Shown here in pieces: positions 11,055 to 22,549 of a stretch of DNA of 64,000 nucleotides. The notes beneath the pieces were generated by a model that worked only from the letters and a program-made list of their open reading frames with translations, did not search any database and was not told where the DNA came from. The position numbers and the translations under genes were made by a program. Origin of the DNA: Histomonas meleagridis 2922-C6/04-290x. Taxonomy: Eukaryota > Protista > Parabasalia. Where the stretch lies: the NCBI GenBank assembly GCA_020184695.1, contig JAANOX010000068.1, positions 1 through 64,000 on the forward strand, written 5' to 3'. How positions within the stretch are numbered: position 1 is the stretch's first letter; the number at the start of each line of letters is the position of its first letter.

Positions 11055-12425
11055 ATGAGATCGAGCCTAAGGGTTAGAAATCCAAAAGTTGTTTGTATAC
11101 ATGATTTTTTAGTTTCAGAGGTTATTGGTGAAGGTTCATTTGCAAAAGTTAGAATTGCGTACCACAAGAGATCAAAAGATCTTTTTGCGGTAAAAATAAT
11201 ACCAAAAACAAAAATACAAGAATCTAAGCATGGAAAACGGCTCTTACAAAACGAAACAATTTTAGCACCCTTAATATACCATCCATATATCATTCAAGTT
11301 ATTGAAATTGCAGATTCACATTCACAGATTTTTCAATTCATGAGAATGGCACGAAAAGGCGATGTGTGTCAAATTTTGAGACGAGAACCAATAGAATACC
11401 TAAATATTATTCGAATTATTAATCAACTACTTTCAGCGGTCGAATATTTACATTCATATGGCATTGTACACAGAGATTTAAAGCTCGACAATATTTTGAT
11501 AACAGAAAACAATAATGTTAAATTATGTGATTTTGGGTTAGCTTCAATTACGTTTAATGGAAAAGTTCATGGAAATTGTGGTTCATATGAATATGCAGCA
11601 CCAGAAGCAATTCATCAACAAGAATTTGATGGATTTAAAGCAGACATGTATAGCGTTGGAGTGATAATTTATGCATTATTTTCAAGAAAACTTCCACATT
11701 CTAAAGTTAGTAAGGAATATGATTTTAAATCAAATCCAATAGATTATAGTCGTGTCCCACCATTATTTCATCCACTTGTAATGAATTTATTATCAATGGA
11801 CCCAAGAGAAAGACCATATGCTTCAGACGCACTTAATTATCCTGCTTTAAAGGCACCATATAAAAACAGAATGAAACCTTTATCTGCTCTTATCGAACCG
11901 GATTTTAATGTACCTTCTGCCTATGTTATTATATCTAAATTAAGTCAAGCACTCCAAACTCCATTGGATAAATTAATAGAAAAGTTAAACGAAAAAAATC
12001 CAACAAGAGAAAAACTTTTTTTTCTTCTTTATCATTATAGATTCATGAAATATGAGATGAAAGGTATTGAATATCCTTTTCAGATACCATTCGTATCTAA
12101 TTCAATGCCTGTTAGATTAAACGAAAATACAATGCTTCGTGTTTTTCAAGTTAGAGCATTTGATCTATATGAGAAAATGCATCAGTATTTGATGAAAAAG
12201 AGATGTTGTGCTTCATCACCAATTTCATTAACTAATATAATTGTTCAATATAACGAAACTGTTGATATAAGAATCAAGTTTCATTGTTGTGATAATGAAT
12301 CATTTAGTTGTGTGCAATCAACATTAGTTTTGGATCCAAGTGATTCCCCAGGATCTGGAATTGAATTATCAAAAGAAATAATGAATTATATGATTCAAAT
12401 TTTCCCTGAAACACAAGTTGTATAG
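11055..12425 (+). CDS. CAMK-group (SNF1/MARK-like) Ser/Thr kinase
   Basis: IGEGSFAKV, AVKII, HRDLKLDN, DFG, CGSYEYAAPE, DMYSVGVI; C-terminal extension. Confidence 0.93.
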   Translation: MRSSLRVRNPKVVCIHDFLVSEVIGEGSFAKVRIAYHKRSKDLFAVKIIPKTKIQESKHGKRLLQNETILAPLIYHPYIIQVIEIADSHSQIFQFMRMARKGDVCQILRREPIEYLNIIRIINQLLSAVEYLHSYGIVHRDLKLDNILITENNNVKLCDFGLASITFNGKVHGNCGSYEYAAPEAIHQQEFDGFKADMYSVGVIIYALFSRKLPHSKVSKEYDFKSNPIDYSRVPPLFHPLVMNLLSMDPRERPYASDALNYPALKAPYKNRMKPLSALIEPDFNVPSAYVIISKLSQALQTPLDKLIEKLNEKNPTREKLFFLLYHYRFMKYEMKGIEYPFQIPFVSNSMPVRLNENTMLRVFQVRAFDLYEKMHQYLMKKRCCASSPISLTNIIVQYNETVDIRIKFHCCDNESFSCVQSTLVLDPSDSPGSGIELSKEIMNYMIQIFPETQVV

Positions 12426-12826
12426 TGTTTCATAAAGTTGTGTTTATTAAAATTGTATGAATTTTTTCCGTAAATTTTTTTTTGGAGAAAAATTGTGATA
12501 TGGAGTCACTCAAAAAGGCATTATTGTATACTTTTTATATTTCGACAAATATAAAATTGATTTATCATTTCAATTTTTGAAGTCGTTCTATTCATATTCG
12601 AACAGAAAATGAAACAAATACATGAATATACGATTGCTTCTTATTGTAATGTAAAATATATTGGTTTATCTTCAACATCTATTTTATATAACCTATAAAT
12701 TATTCTTAAAAACTCATTGGAATTTTATTTATTGATATTTTATGTATAACTAATGTCATTATACGCATTGATATTATTTTCAGCACTAATAAAATATTTA
12801 TAAATACAATAAAAAATTTTATCTTT

Positions 12827-13861
12827 TTATTGAATCTTAAAATCAGGTTTATAATTTGGAACAGTACATCCTCTGACTTGAATATTACATGAAGCGCAAT
12901 AATTCCCTGCATCAATACATGTTTCAAGTGAACAACCTTTAACGTAATAAGCTAAAAAACCACCTGCAAATGAATCTCCAGCACCATTAGTATCAATTAT
13001 TTTAGAATTTTCTATTTTAATTGTAGATCTGTTAATTGGTTCATTTCCATTTTGACATCCAATTGTTGGTTGACTTCCCATTGTTGTAACAACAATTCTT
13101 TTATCACATGGAGTTTCGAAATTAGCAATCTTTTTTGTAAGTTCCATTATATTAACATCTTCTTTCTCTGAAGATAATATTTTGAACTTCTTTGCAAAAG
13201 AAATTATCTCTGTTTCATTACCAAAAATGATTGTTGCCTTTTTGAATATTTCATAAAATGTTGGAAATTGAACTGATTCAATAGCAGATGGAGATGAAAG
13301 ACAAAGAACCAAAGGAATTTTTCTTCTATGACATTCTAAAGCAATAGATAAAGCAATCTTATCAGAAGATCTTATGAAAAAGGTACTAATCATAACAACG
13401 TTTGCTTTCTTAAGTGAATTAATAACTTCAGGTGTTTCCCAATAATTATATTCCATTGCACCTGAAGCACCAAGAGAAGCAACGATCGATCGATTGTTAT
13501 TACATAGCAAAATAGCACAACATCCAGTACACATGTTTGGGATTATTTGATAATGATGCTTAACACCACATTTTAATAATGTTTCTTCAAGAATCTTTCT
13601 GTTTTCATCATCACCAACAGAACCAACGATAATTGTTTCTCCATCTTTCTGCACCATCCATTGATACATTACTAGAGCATTTTGACATCCCCCTCCTGCT
13701 GTTATAATTGCTTTTTCTTTACGTACTGTTTCATCAATTAAAGGTTGAAAGAATGAGTCAGCAAGAATCGCATCATCATTTTTTAAGCCCCATTTCTTCA
13801 AGAAAGCTTCATCAACTTGGACGCTAACATCAATAAGGGGATTGCAAAATGCAAGAAGCAT
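12827..13861 (-). CDS. ADK: Adenosine kinase (PfkB family)
   Basis: NPLIDVS, AGGGCQNA, GSVGDDE, TGCCA, IFGNETE, DTNGAGDSFAGGFL; ATG at 13861 follows Inr-like TCACTT. Confidence 0.9.
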   Translation of the reverse strand: MLLAFCNPLIDVSVQVDEAFLKKWGLKNDDAILADSFFQPLIDETVRKEKAIITAGGGCQNALVMYQWMVQKDGETIIVGSVGDDENRKILEETLLKCGVKHHYQIIPNMCTGCCAILLCNNNRSIVASLGASGAMEYNYWETPEVINSLKKANVVMISTFFIRSSDKIALSIALECHRRKIPLVLCLSSPSAIESVQFPTFYEIFKKATIIFGNETEIISFAKKFKILSSEKEDVNIMELTKKIANFETPCDKRIVVTTMGSQPTIGCQNGNEPINRSTIKIENSKIIDTNGAGDSFAGGFLAYYVKGCSLETCIDAGNYCASCNIQVRGCTVPNYKPDFKIQ

Positions 13862-14117
13862 TGTGAAGTGAATTAATACCTGGTATCCTGGTACCTCATG
13901 TATTTTCAATGTTTGTCACACTTTTTCTGTTGGAATCCATTGAAATTTAGTGGGTCATAAAAGAAATATTCAAAAGTATGTTTGGTCTGTATTTCAATAA
14001 ATATATTTTTTAAAACCTAAAAATTGTGTACAAAACTTTCAACAACGATATGAAGGCCAATGAAAACAAAGAAAAATTTGTTGAGAAATAAAATCTAAGG
14101 AAAACATTTTGTTTAAT

Positions 14118-14771
14118 TTAATTCATTGATATTAAACAGTCATTTGTTTGTGCCTCATCACGTTCGCATGCATCAAATACTTGAATAATATAAATTCGAT
14201 CAAAGTTTCTATGAATAGCCATTAATCTCTCAATTATTTGATTTTCTTCATCTGTAAGGTTTATTACAAAGCTGGAGCTAAGAAGTTCACTATTTCTCAC
14301 TCTTGTTCTAATAAAAGTAGAATTTCCACTTCTTTGAATTAAAACTTCACTTGAGATTTCTCCTACATCTTCCTCTTCTTCTTCTAAACCTTCATTTCCA
14401 TATGATTCAAAATAATAATTTCTAAAAATGCTCTTTATTGAGTCTAACTTATCAAACATTCCATATTTTTTATTCTCAAAAAACAAAAAATATTTTGATT
14501 TTGGAAAATGATATCTTGAAGGATTACCAGGAAAATTATAATTCGGAAACTCTATTGGATTTAATAACATAAATATGGAATAATCTTCATATTCATTAAT
14601 CCAAATAATACTTTCATTTTGAAGTTGCTTTTTATTATGGAAAAATAAACAATTTTTTGCATTATATTGATGTTCTTGTATGATAATATCCTTAATATTT
14701 TTCACAGTAGTAGGGATTTGAAGCTTAAGAACTGCTTCAAAGCCAGTTAAATCTTCTACTATAATCCTCAT
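14118..14771 (-). CDS. Rad23-like UBL-UBA protein (divergent)
   Basis: N-terminal ubiquitin-like pattern; C-terminal LTDEENQIIERL..FDRIYIIQVFDACERDE resembles the Rad23 UBA2 domain. Confidence 0.7.
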   Translation of the reverse strand: MRIIVEDLTGFEAVLKLQIPTTVKNIKDIIIQEHQYNAKNCLFFHNKKQLQNESIIWINEYEDYSIFMLLNPIEFPNYNFPGNPSRYHFPKSKYFLFFENKKYGMFDKLDSIKSIFRNYYFESYGNEGLEEEEEDVGEISSEVLIQRSGNSTFIRTRVRNSELLSSSFVINLTDEENQIIERLMAIHRNFDRIYIIQVFDACERDEAQTNDCLISMN

Positions 14772-14996
14772 AAAAATAATAAATCCTCATTGTGTGAATA
14801 AAATCTTTTAACGGTCAAACCTCAATGTTTTCTGTCTTTTGCCCATTCCAAAATAGTTATTAACCAATTTATTAATAATAACAGATAACAAAACTATATT
14901 AACGGAGTGTGTTATAAAAAATTTGATTGATATCAATGTGTGTTGCAATTTACAAGTTGTAAAAATTATAAACGTTCTTTATTCATTCGACCAAAA

Positions 14997-17156
14997 ATGC
15001 TGATTTTTCTATTTTCTGTTTTATGTCAATTTAAAGAACTTTACTTTAATATCAGCTCACCAGACAATGAAACATGTAATAGCATTAATGGGTGCAATTT
15101 AAAAACAATTAATTCAACAATCAAAGATAACGATATAATTCATATAACAAATTCTATTTTATCGGATGAATCGGCTCATGTTTTTTTAGAATGGATTAAT
15201 TCAACATCGTTAACAAATATTACGTTAATTGGTAATAATACATTAATTTCAAATCCTGGATTCGAAGATTCTGAATATCCAGCAATCTTCATTGAAAATG
15301 GGTCAATTCAAATCCAAAGCATTATCTTTTCAGGTTTTAGAAATCCAATTCTTAATTCCAACAATTCCTTAATTTCAGTTAAAGAAACTATATTTTCAAA
15401 TTCATGTCTTTCAAAATCAGCGCTTCTAGCGTTTGTTAATTCGAATGTTTCCATTGATAATTCACAACTTATCAATAACACAGCTCAATCACAGTCACAT
15501 CTTGTTGGTGTTAATTGCACAATTACACTTAACTCACTCAAATCCACAATAAATTTTATTGAATCTTTATATATTAAAGCTTCTTTTCATTTTCTTAATT
15601 GTAGTGTTATGGTTGAAAACGGAAACTTTTCTTCAAACACATACAAACTTCCGATGTTTGCGTCATCTAATTCAAGTTCTCTTACTGTATCACATTCGAC
15701 ATTTGAATATAATGGAGTTCTTTGTTTATTTGCTCTTGAATTTGATTCTATTGTTAATATAACTTCATGTAAATTCTCTTATAATGTTGGAACAATAATT
15801 ACAGGCGGCCAAACATCATTTGCATCTTTTACAAGCTGTACAATTGACAATCAGCATAGTGAAGATTTACTTTTCGGGATCACTGAATCAAGTATTAACA
15901 TCACAGATAGTATCTGTACGAACTCAAATATCGCCGGTTTTGCATTGTTAAATTTAATAAACAAAACCCAAAATAAAATGAAAATCAAAAATATTACATT
16001 AACTTCTATTAAATCGAAAGTTCCTCTTTTTATTGCGGTTGGTGGAAATTTAACATTTAACAAATGTAATATTGAAAATGTTGAGTCAGAAGCAGAGATT
16101 GTTATTATAAGTCATCAAAATGGCAATTTCATAAATATAAAAGAATCGAATTTCTCGAAACTTATTTCAACAAATGCTGTTTCAACTGGAATTTCTGGTA
16201 TTAATTGTAATAATAGTTATATTAATCATATTAATATGTTCGAGAATAATATTTGCGGAGCCCTTTTCGAAAACACAACATTATACTTAAATAATTCGAA
16301 ATTCATAAAAAATCAATGTTATCCACAAGGTAATTCTTTACCTTTAGCTATTGTTACATCTTCTTTATCGAATACATCGATCAAAAATTCCATATTCCAT
16401 AATAATAGCGCTTTAACTGGTTCTGTTTTCACAATGAATACTACTACTAAACTCAAAAATATCGAATTTGCATCGAATAAAGCAATTCAAGGAGCCGCAA
16501 TATTCTCTGCAAACTCAAACATAAAAGTGAAAAATACAAATTTCATTAGTAATTCCGCTATGTCTATAGGAGGAGCAATAAGTTTTACATATGGAAATGC
16601 TAATTTCACAAATTGTTCATTTATAAAAAATGATTCGCCTGAAGGTTCCGTGTTTTCTATTAAAAATGGTATTAATATTACTTTAGATAAATGTATTTCT
16701 AAATTAAATAAAGGTGCAAACGCTACTTTTATAAATGCTGAAGGTTTGAATATGAAATTGTTTGTTAACAATTCAGAAGTCGATGACGAATTTAAAAAAG
16801 CTGTTTATGTCGGCGATTTTGAAGTTGCGAATTTTTCAAGTACGAAATTTAACTGTAAAAATAAATGCGCATTTGGAGAGTTATTAAAGCCGAATTTAAG
16901 GAGAAATACGAAAAAGGAAGAAAATAAAACGCCAACACAATCAAAACAAAACATTCAAACAAAAGCGGATGATGATGAATTGGAATTCGGTGATGAAGAA
17001 TTCGAAACTCAAAAATCTTTCAACATTTTATGGGTGGCTTTGCCAGTGACTATATTCATTTTGTTTGTAATATACAAAATACTTGGCCCTCGTAAGACAA
17101 GAAAAATCTTCAACGCAATTATTAGGTCAAGAGGTAGACGGGATAATTGGTCATAA
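14997..17156 (+). CDS. Pmp-like (polymorphic membrane protein-like) right-handed beta-helix surface protein, type I membrane
   Basis: Signal peptide MLIFLFSVLC, Asn-rich FxxN repeats, GAAI/GGAI motifs, TM ILWVALPVTIFILFVIY, basic tail. Confidence 0.8.
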   Translation: MLIFLFSVLCQFKELYFNISSPDNETCNSINGCNLKTINSTIKDNDIIHITNSILSDESAHVFLEWINSTSLTNITLIGNNTLISNPGFEDSEYPAIFIENGSIQIQSIIFSGFRNPILNSNNSLISVKETIFSNSCLSKSALLAFVNSNVSIDNSQLINNTAQSQSHLVGVNCTITLNSLKSTINFIESLYIKASFHFLNCSVMVENGNFSSNTYKLPMFASSNSSSLTVSHSTFEYNGVLCLFALEFDSIVNITSCKFSYNVGTIITGGQTSFASFTSCTIDNQHSEDLLFGITESSINITDSICTNSNIAGFALLNLINKTQNKMKIKNITLTSIKSKVPLFIAVGGNLTFNKCNIENVESEAEIVIISHQNGNFINIKESNFSKLISTNAVSTGISGINCNNSYINHINMFENNICGALFENTTLYLNNSKFIKNQCYPQGNSLPLAIVTSSLSNTSIKNSIFHNNSALTGSVFTMNTTTKLKNIEFASNKAIQGAAIFSANSNIKVKNTNFISNSAMSIGGAISFTYGNANFTNCSFIKNDSPEGSVFSIKNGINITLDKCISKLNKGANATFINAEGLNMKLFVNNSEVDDEFKKAVYVGDFEVANFSSTKFNCKNKCAFGELLKPNLRRNTKKEENKTPTQSKQNIQTKADDDELEFGDEEFETQKSFNILWVALPVTIFILFVIYKILGPRKTRKIFNAIIRSRGRRDNWS

Positions 17157-17364
17157 ATTATATTTGTTTCCTAAGAAATTGATTTTTTTGTAAATATGAA
17201 TAAATTCTTTATTCGTTTAATATGTGCATAATTATGAATCAGCTTGTTGATATATATTTTATTATACTCATATATCATTCTTTATATGAATTTTTACTCA
17301 CATAATATCTTTGAAAAAGGTATAATATAGTAGATTTTAATATGTATTTATGATTCTTTATAAA

Positions 17365-17640
17365 TTATTTTTCATTCTTTGCTTTTACAGAAATTATCTC
17401 GAAGATTTCTTTGTGTCCTTTTTTAAATGCCCAAATAAGTGCTGTTTTATATAATTTAAATAATACATAAATTTTATTTTAAAACTTTAAAATAAATATA
17501 ATATAAAACAAATATATACTTTTAGCATTAATATCAATTACTTCTTGTTCAAGAAGTAATTTAACTATATCTAAATGACCTTTATATGATGCACCCATAA
17601 GTGCTGTATCAAATGTTTGAAATAATTTCCAAATAATATT
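17365..17640 (-). pseudogene. Isolated two-repeat ankyrin fragment carrying the loop insert (17452-17511, 60 nt)
   Basis: Reads TALMGASYKGHLDIVKLLLEQEVIDINAKSIY-[insert with TAA]-YKTALIWAFKKGHKEIFE..stop; no start. Confidence 0.8.
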
Positions 17641-17947
17641 TTCAAATTAAAAATTATTAAAATATATATCAGTAATTTCGTAATCTTAAATTAATTTATA
17701 TATTTCTATTTAATATGTTCAACAAAAATTTTTCACAAGAAATTTCACATTTTCACCAAATAATTTTCCTCAATGTCAATCACAACACTTTTTCCAATTT
17801 TTTCATTTTCTAATGCACAAACGAAATCAAAAACTTCAATTTTTACTTCAATACTTTCATCATATATATCACGATGAAGTCAAACGCATTTACATGAACG
17901 TATTACAATTTCAGATTGTAGACACGTCCACTTTTGATCTCCTGCGC

Positions 17948-19978
17948 CTACACGAGCGCACCGGATGATCCCAAAATTATTGCTACGTTCTCTTTGATTT
18001 CGTTTTTATTTCTCATCTTATCCAAGAACGAAGTTAATCCGAACGCGAATTGGAACGAGTTATTTTTCATTTGGTCTTTCTTCATTAGTTCTTCAGTCTT
18101 CGCCACGTTTTCCACGACAAACGAAGATCGAGCGATTGCTCTGGAGTATAATTTCCTTTGTAGTTTCAAATCAGCTTTAATTCCATCGACAATAATATCG
18201 AATTCTTTATCAGTGAATTCGAACCCAGGCTTACGAAACATATAAAAAACTGTTCCATAATTACCATCGCCACTTACAAACAATCTTCGGATCTTATCTA
18301 AGTCACAATTAAATCCATTCTCTAATAGCTCGAGTCGTATCATCTCAATGAAGATATCAATGTATTGCGGTGTGAATAAAAAAGCGACGTTAAGGAAGAA
18401 GCGAGCGTTCTTAAGGTTAAAGTATGGCGATAATGGATTTAATACTATTCGAACTGCTTCGACCCAAACTTCGCCACTTTTCGGCGTGTTTTTGATAGCT
18501 TCTTTAAGAGTTTCGATTTGCTCATTGCCATCTTCTAATTGGATTCGTAACGCCCATAGCCTTCCAGTGCTTGAATGCTTCTTAAGACCTTCTTTGACTA
18601 ACTCTAATGCTTTACGGATTTTATTATGTCGGATTAAATACATGGAATACTCGAGGTAAACACGCCAGTCACTGTTGTAGTTCTTGTATAAGCGATTATA
18701 ATATTCTAATGCTAATTTGGCATTTTTGTCATTGTTAATTTCAGCAACTTTGGCACACGCTAATAACACTATGGACGCATATTTTTGTGGTGAGATATGA
18801 AATGATTGATCTAATAACAGTTTTGACAAGTTTCGGTCACCATAGAACATTTCAATAATTGCCGCATTATAAAACACTCGCCATCTTTGGTCAGGCGAAA
18901 CAAGGAGTAAACACTCGCCCATATGGATACGTGATATTGTTAATGAGTTATAGCGAGATGCTAATAATAATGCTGTCGCTTGGATTAATTTGGATAATGT
19001 GTTTTGTGATAGGTTCTCCTTGGCTTTATTGAGGGTGTTGATTATGTCAGCTTCCGAGGTTTGAAGTTGTAAGAGTTGATTCCAATTATTTGGCATTGTG
19101 ATATTTCGTTGGGTTCCTAAACGAGCATAAGATAAGGACAACTCGTTGTAGCCACGGCGATGGAGATACTCGGAAAGCTCAACAAAGAAGCCAGACTTAC
19201 TAATTGTCTTTTGATCAATTAATGACAATAAATGAAGTGCATTTTCAACATCGCCATGTCGTACTTCAAATAAAATACCCTCGGCTACTGACGCCGGAGC
19301 ACCTTTAGAGTGCATATTAAGGTAAATTTGCCCTAAAATTTGGCGCGCCGATGAAAACCGTTGGCGGCGTTCAAATTGCTTAAGAAGTTTCACGGTGATT
19401 TGATCAGAGAAATGTGTTTGGACAAGACCTTTCTTAAGGACTTCTTCTGCTTCATCTGATTTACCAATTTCATCAAGAAGTTTGGCATGATCAAGATAAC
19501 ATTGTGGTGCTGTGGGATCAATTGATTCGGCTCTAGTATAAAGATCAAATGCTTCTTTGTTAAGAAATCGTCTTTTGTTGGAATCAGCTGCTGATCTATA
19601 AATTCGATACTTGTCTTTTGCATTCGAACAGTTTTTAATGAGTTCTTTAAGCACTGCACGTGCTTCATTCGGCTTGTGGGTTTCTATTAATTGATCATAT
19701 CTTTCAAGTGAGGCTTCTAAATCTGTTTCAATGAGTTTAGCTATGTGATTAGGAAGATATGAATTAAGAGATTGTGACCTACGATGATTTGCTTTAGCTG
19801 GTGGTTCAGTAAAACCATTTTGTCGGAATTTAGGATGTTGTGATGGAAGTGTATAATCATCTCCAAAACTAAAAAAAGAGTCTTGCTCACTAGGAAGAAG
19901 TGTAACTAACCCAGGAATGTCGGTGCTATGATCAGAGCTCATTATGTCGCTTTCGACAAAGGTTTCCCAAGTCGACAT
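17948..19978 (-). CDS. TPR/HAT-repeat protein
   Basis: Repeated helix-pair patterns (WRVFYNAA, WRVYLEYS, GRLWALRIQLE, PKSGEVWVEA) after a disordered N-terminus. Confidence 0.75.
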   Translation of the reverse strand: MSTWETFVESDIMSSDHSTDIPGLVTLLPSEQDSFFSFGDDYTLPSQHPKFRQNGFTEPPAKANHRRSQSLNSYLPNHIAKLIETDLEASLERYDQLIETHKPNEARAVLKELIKNCSNAKDKYRIYRSAADSNKRRFLNKEAFDLYTRAESIDPTAPQCYLDHAKLLDEIGKSDEAEEVLKKGLVQTHFSDQITVKLLKQFERRQRFSSARQILGQIYLNMHSKGAPASVAEGILFEVRHGDVENALHLLSLIDQKTISKSGFFVELSEYLHRRGYNELSLSYARLGTQRNITMPNNWNQLLQLQTSEADIINTLNKAKENLSQNTLSKLIQATALLLASRYNSLTISRIHMGECLLLVSPDQRWRVFYNAAIIEMFYGDRNLSKLLLDQSFHISPQKYASIVLLACAKVAEINNDKNAKLALEYYNRLYKNYNSDWRVYLEYSMYLIRHNKIRKALELVKEGLKKHSSTGRLWALRIQLEDGNEQIETLKEAIKNTPKSGEVWVEAVRIVLNPLSPYFNLKNARFFLNVAFLFTPQYIDIFIEMIRLELLENGFNCDLDKIRRLFVSGDGNYGTVFYMFRKPGFEFTDKEFDIIVDGIKADLKLQRKLYSRAIARSSFVVENVAKTEELMKKDQMKNNSFQFAFGLTSFLDKMRNKNEIKENVAIILGSSGALV

Positions 19979-20092
19979 TAATTCGTTTGCAATTTTTCAA
20001 AAAAACGTCACTTTTCGTAAATTTTGTTCGTTTTTTTTTCTCCCTTAAAAAAAGAATAAATAATTTTGCACCGTAATTTGCTTTTTTTTTAC

Positions 20093-22549
20093 TTAAATAC
20101 TCGCACTAGCTTTATTTTTTTGATGCCTTTTCCATAATATTGCTCCGGAAATTATTAATGCAACAAAAACTAAAACACCAATTACAATTCCTGCAATTGC
20201 ACCATCGGAAATTCCATTGTTATCTTCAAATACATTCTCCTCAATTCGGTTAGACATTGGCTCCAGTACATAGCCATCGTTCATTGTAAAAGGAACATTA
20301 CCGAAGTTAACGGTCGACCTGATGCCATTTTTGAAATAAGTTTGTTGAACAGTCCAATCGCTCTTAAGGACTCTATGTGTCTCCATTTCATCAAACATTG
20401 TTTCATGTGCAACAGGTGATGCAATATGATATGATTCATTAAACATTGTTTTATTTGCCGCCCATTGATTCCTATTTAATTGATACATAGGCGGGACACC
20501 ATATAAGGCATTGAAGAGATCGCGCTTACGCCATATGGCTGGCATTTTGTTGTTGAAATCTCCCCAATACCAATATGCAATAGCACATTCATGATATACA
20601 AGTTCCCATAATGGGAGGCGATACCGTTCTCCAACTTGGTACTTGACAAGATTTTCTGGAAGTTCACCATAAATAATTTCAGATGTGAAATGACCAGAGT
20701 CAGCAATACGGAAACTAGCAAGACTCATCATTCCTTCAAAGTAATCACACTCTGCAACGGCTGCATCAATTCCGGTTTCTGATCCACAAACCATTCCATA
20801 ATCATCATGTAGAGCTGCTAAAGTAAGCTTACGAAAATGCTTGGAAAGAGTGCGGTTAGAAGGGTGTATAGAAGAATAGTCTTCAAACCATGCAGTTGCA
20901 GTTACTCCATCAATAAATCGACATGTTCTTTTATCACCATCTTCTATTTCTTTGTCAACCTTTTGGCGAAGATAGTATGGCCAGAATTGATCTGAAACTG
21001 CATCAAGCCAAACAAGTTGGTTATCTTTTGTATATACAGAACACATTTCTTGAAAAGTCCCATCCTTTTTAATGACGATTTGATTCCGCTCATAAGATTC
21101 ATTTATCCAATCTTGATGCCAATTGAGCTGATATGTTGTATTTGGTTCCATAGCATCTTGATATACATCATAACGGCTGCTAACGATAGAGCGGTTATTG
21201 CAAAAGTCAATTACATCACCATATGCATGACTAGAAAGTATGTATTTCATGGAGAAGTTGTCTTGCATTTCAGCATATATGTCCTTATTACTTTGGTAAA
21301 GCCATATGTTCGCTGCACCTCTCATGTTTTCAAGACTTTCTTTTAATTGAGGATGTTCTTGAATCTTTTGTTTAAAACTTTTGTAAAAACCAACTTCTTG
21401 GGCATACCCACGGTAACGCTTTGCAATTGTAACATGTCCACCATCATCGAAAAAGACATATTTACATCTACGATTATAAGCGAATAGGCCTTTTTGCGAT
21501 TGCCACTTAAGGAAAACCCATGGATTGGAATTTTTCTCATTAGCCGGATTCAGGGTTATTGAAGCATCATCAACTGTTTGAATAATTATCATGTACCCTC
21601 CATGTCCAGAAACACTACTATCTGTATTATTACTATAAGAGGCTATCCCAAAGAACCCCATTGAAAGGCCGTGTCCACTATAACCAGCCAATTGCATTGA
21701 TAATGATAAATTATGATTAACAGGAATAATCATACCTTCTCCATGGGGGATAATAAAAGATTCGTCTGGGTTTGTCTCAAAGGCATAAATTAAAAGATTT
21801 CCCAGTTGGAAATCTTCCTCACTAATTTGTATTTCATATTGTATTTCCTCATCGGAAAGCTGGTAACTGATGTACATGATATTGCTTGTTCGTTGGTCCA
21901 TAAAAGATGCGTTAAATCCATTTTCGATTGTTTTGATTTGTAAAACACTTTTTCTAGTTTGCTGAGCAGAAGATGGCTGAACCCATTGCCTCCCAGTCCT
22001 TTTATCAAGTACACTGATAGTAAGATCAGTGATATTAAAAAAGAATCGAATTTTTGAATTTTCAAGTATTTGATCATTAACCACAGGATCGAATTCAATG
22101 GACCTTACCGCATCAACTGAAACAATTCCATACTTGAAACTTAGGTTCCCGTTTCCGACGAATCGTGGCGAAATTGAGGTAATATTACGTCCAATGAAAA
22201 CAGTAACAGTGTATTTTGTTAATGATTCAGAGCGTTCTTCAAATGCATCAGAAACGCTAAAATATTTTTGCACATGACCTTCTGAATCCAAAACAGTGTA
22301 TCCGAATGTAACCATACCTGAGCCAGATGCTGACATTTCGCATAAAAAATTATAAAATGTTCCTGCTTCTACATTCATTTTTTCGGTTGTGGTAACAGAA
22401 AAATCAATTGAAGAAGAACCAGAATGAGAAAATATAGAATACTTATCGCTTAATTGAATGGAATAGCATTCGGTGCCTCCTCTTGACCATCCTTTTGTTA
22501 GGTTAAATGTTTCCGAAAAAGATATAACAAAGAAGACATTGATGAGCAT
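20093..22549 (-). CDS. Membrane-anchored bacterial-type glycoside hydrolase (GH101/GH129-like superfamily, tentative)
   Basis: Signal peptide; catalytic-type segments SRYDVYQD, RFIDGVTA, GSETG, CDYFEGM, PLWELVYHEC, WYWGD; C-terminal TM helix and basic tail. Confidence 0.65.
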   Translation of the reverse strand: MLINVFFVISFSETFNLTKGWSRGGTECYSIQLSDKYSIFSHSGSSSIDFSVTTTEKMNVEAGTFYNFLCEMSASGSGMVTFGYTVLDSEGHVQKYFSVSDAFEERSESLTKYTVTVFIGRNITSISPRFVGNGNLSFKYGIVSVDAVRSIEFDPVVNDQILENSKIRFFFNITDLTISVLDKRTGRQWVQPSSAQQTRKSVLQIKTIENGFNASFMDQRTSNIMYISYQLSDEEIQYEIQISEEDFQLGNLLIYAFETNPDESFIIPHGEGMIIPVNHNLSLSMQLAGYSGHGLSMGFFGIASYSNNTDSSVSGHGGYMIIIQTVDDASITLNPANEKNSNPWVFLKWQSQKGLFAYNRRCKYVFFDDGGHVTIAKRYRGYAQEVGFYKSFKQKIQEHPQLKESLENMRGAANIWLYQSNKDIYAEMQDNFSMKYILSSHAYGDVIDFCNNRSIVSSRYDVYQDAMEPNTTYQLNWHQDWINESYERNQIVIKKDGTFQEMCSVYTKDNQLVWLDAVSDQFWPYYLRQKVDKEIEDGDKRTCRFIDGVTATAWFEDYSSIHPSNRTLSKHFRKLTLAALHDDYGMVCGSETGIDAAVAECDYFEGMMSLASFRIADSGHFTSEIIYGELPENLVKYQVGERYRLPLWELVYHECAIAYWYWGDFNNKMPAIWRKRDLFNALYGVPPMYQLNRNQWAANKTMFNESYHIASPVAHETMFDEMETHRVLKSDWTVQQTYFKNGIRSTVNFGNVPFTMNDGYVLEPMSNRIEENVFEDNNGISDGAIAGIVIGVLVFVALIISGAILWKRHQKNKASASI

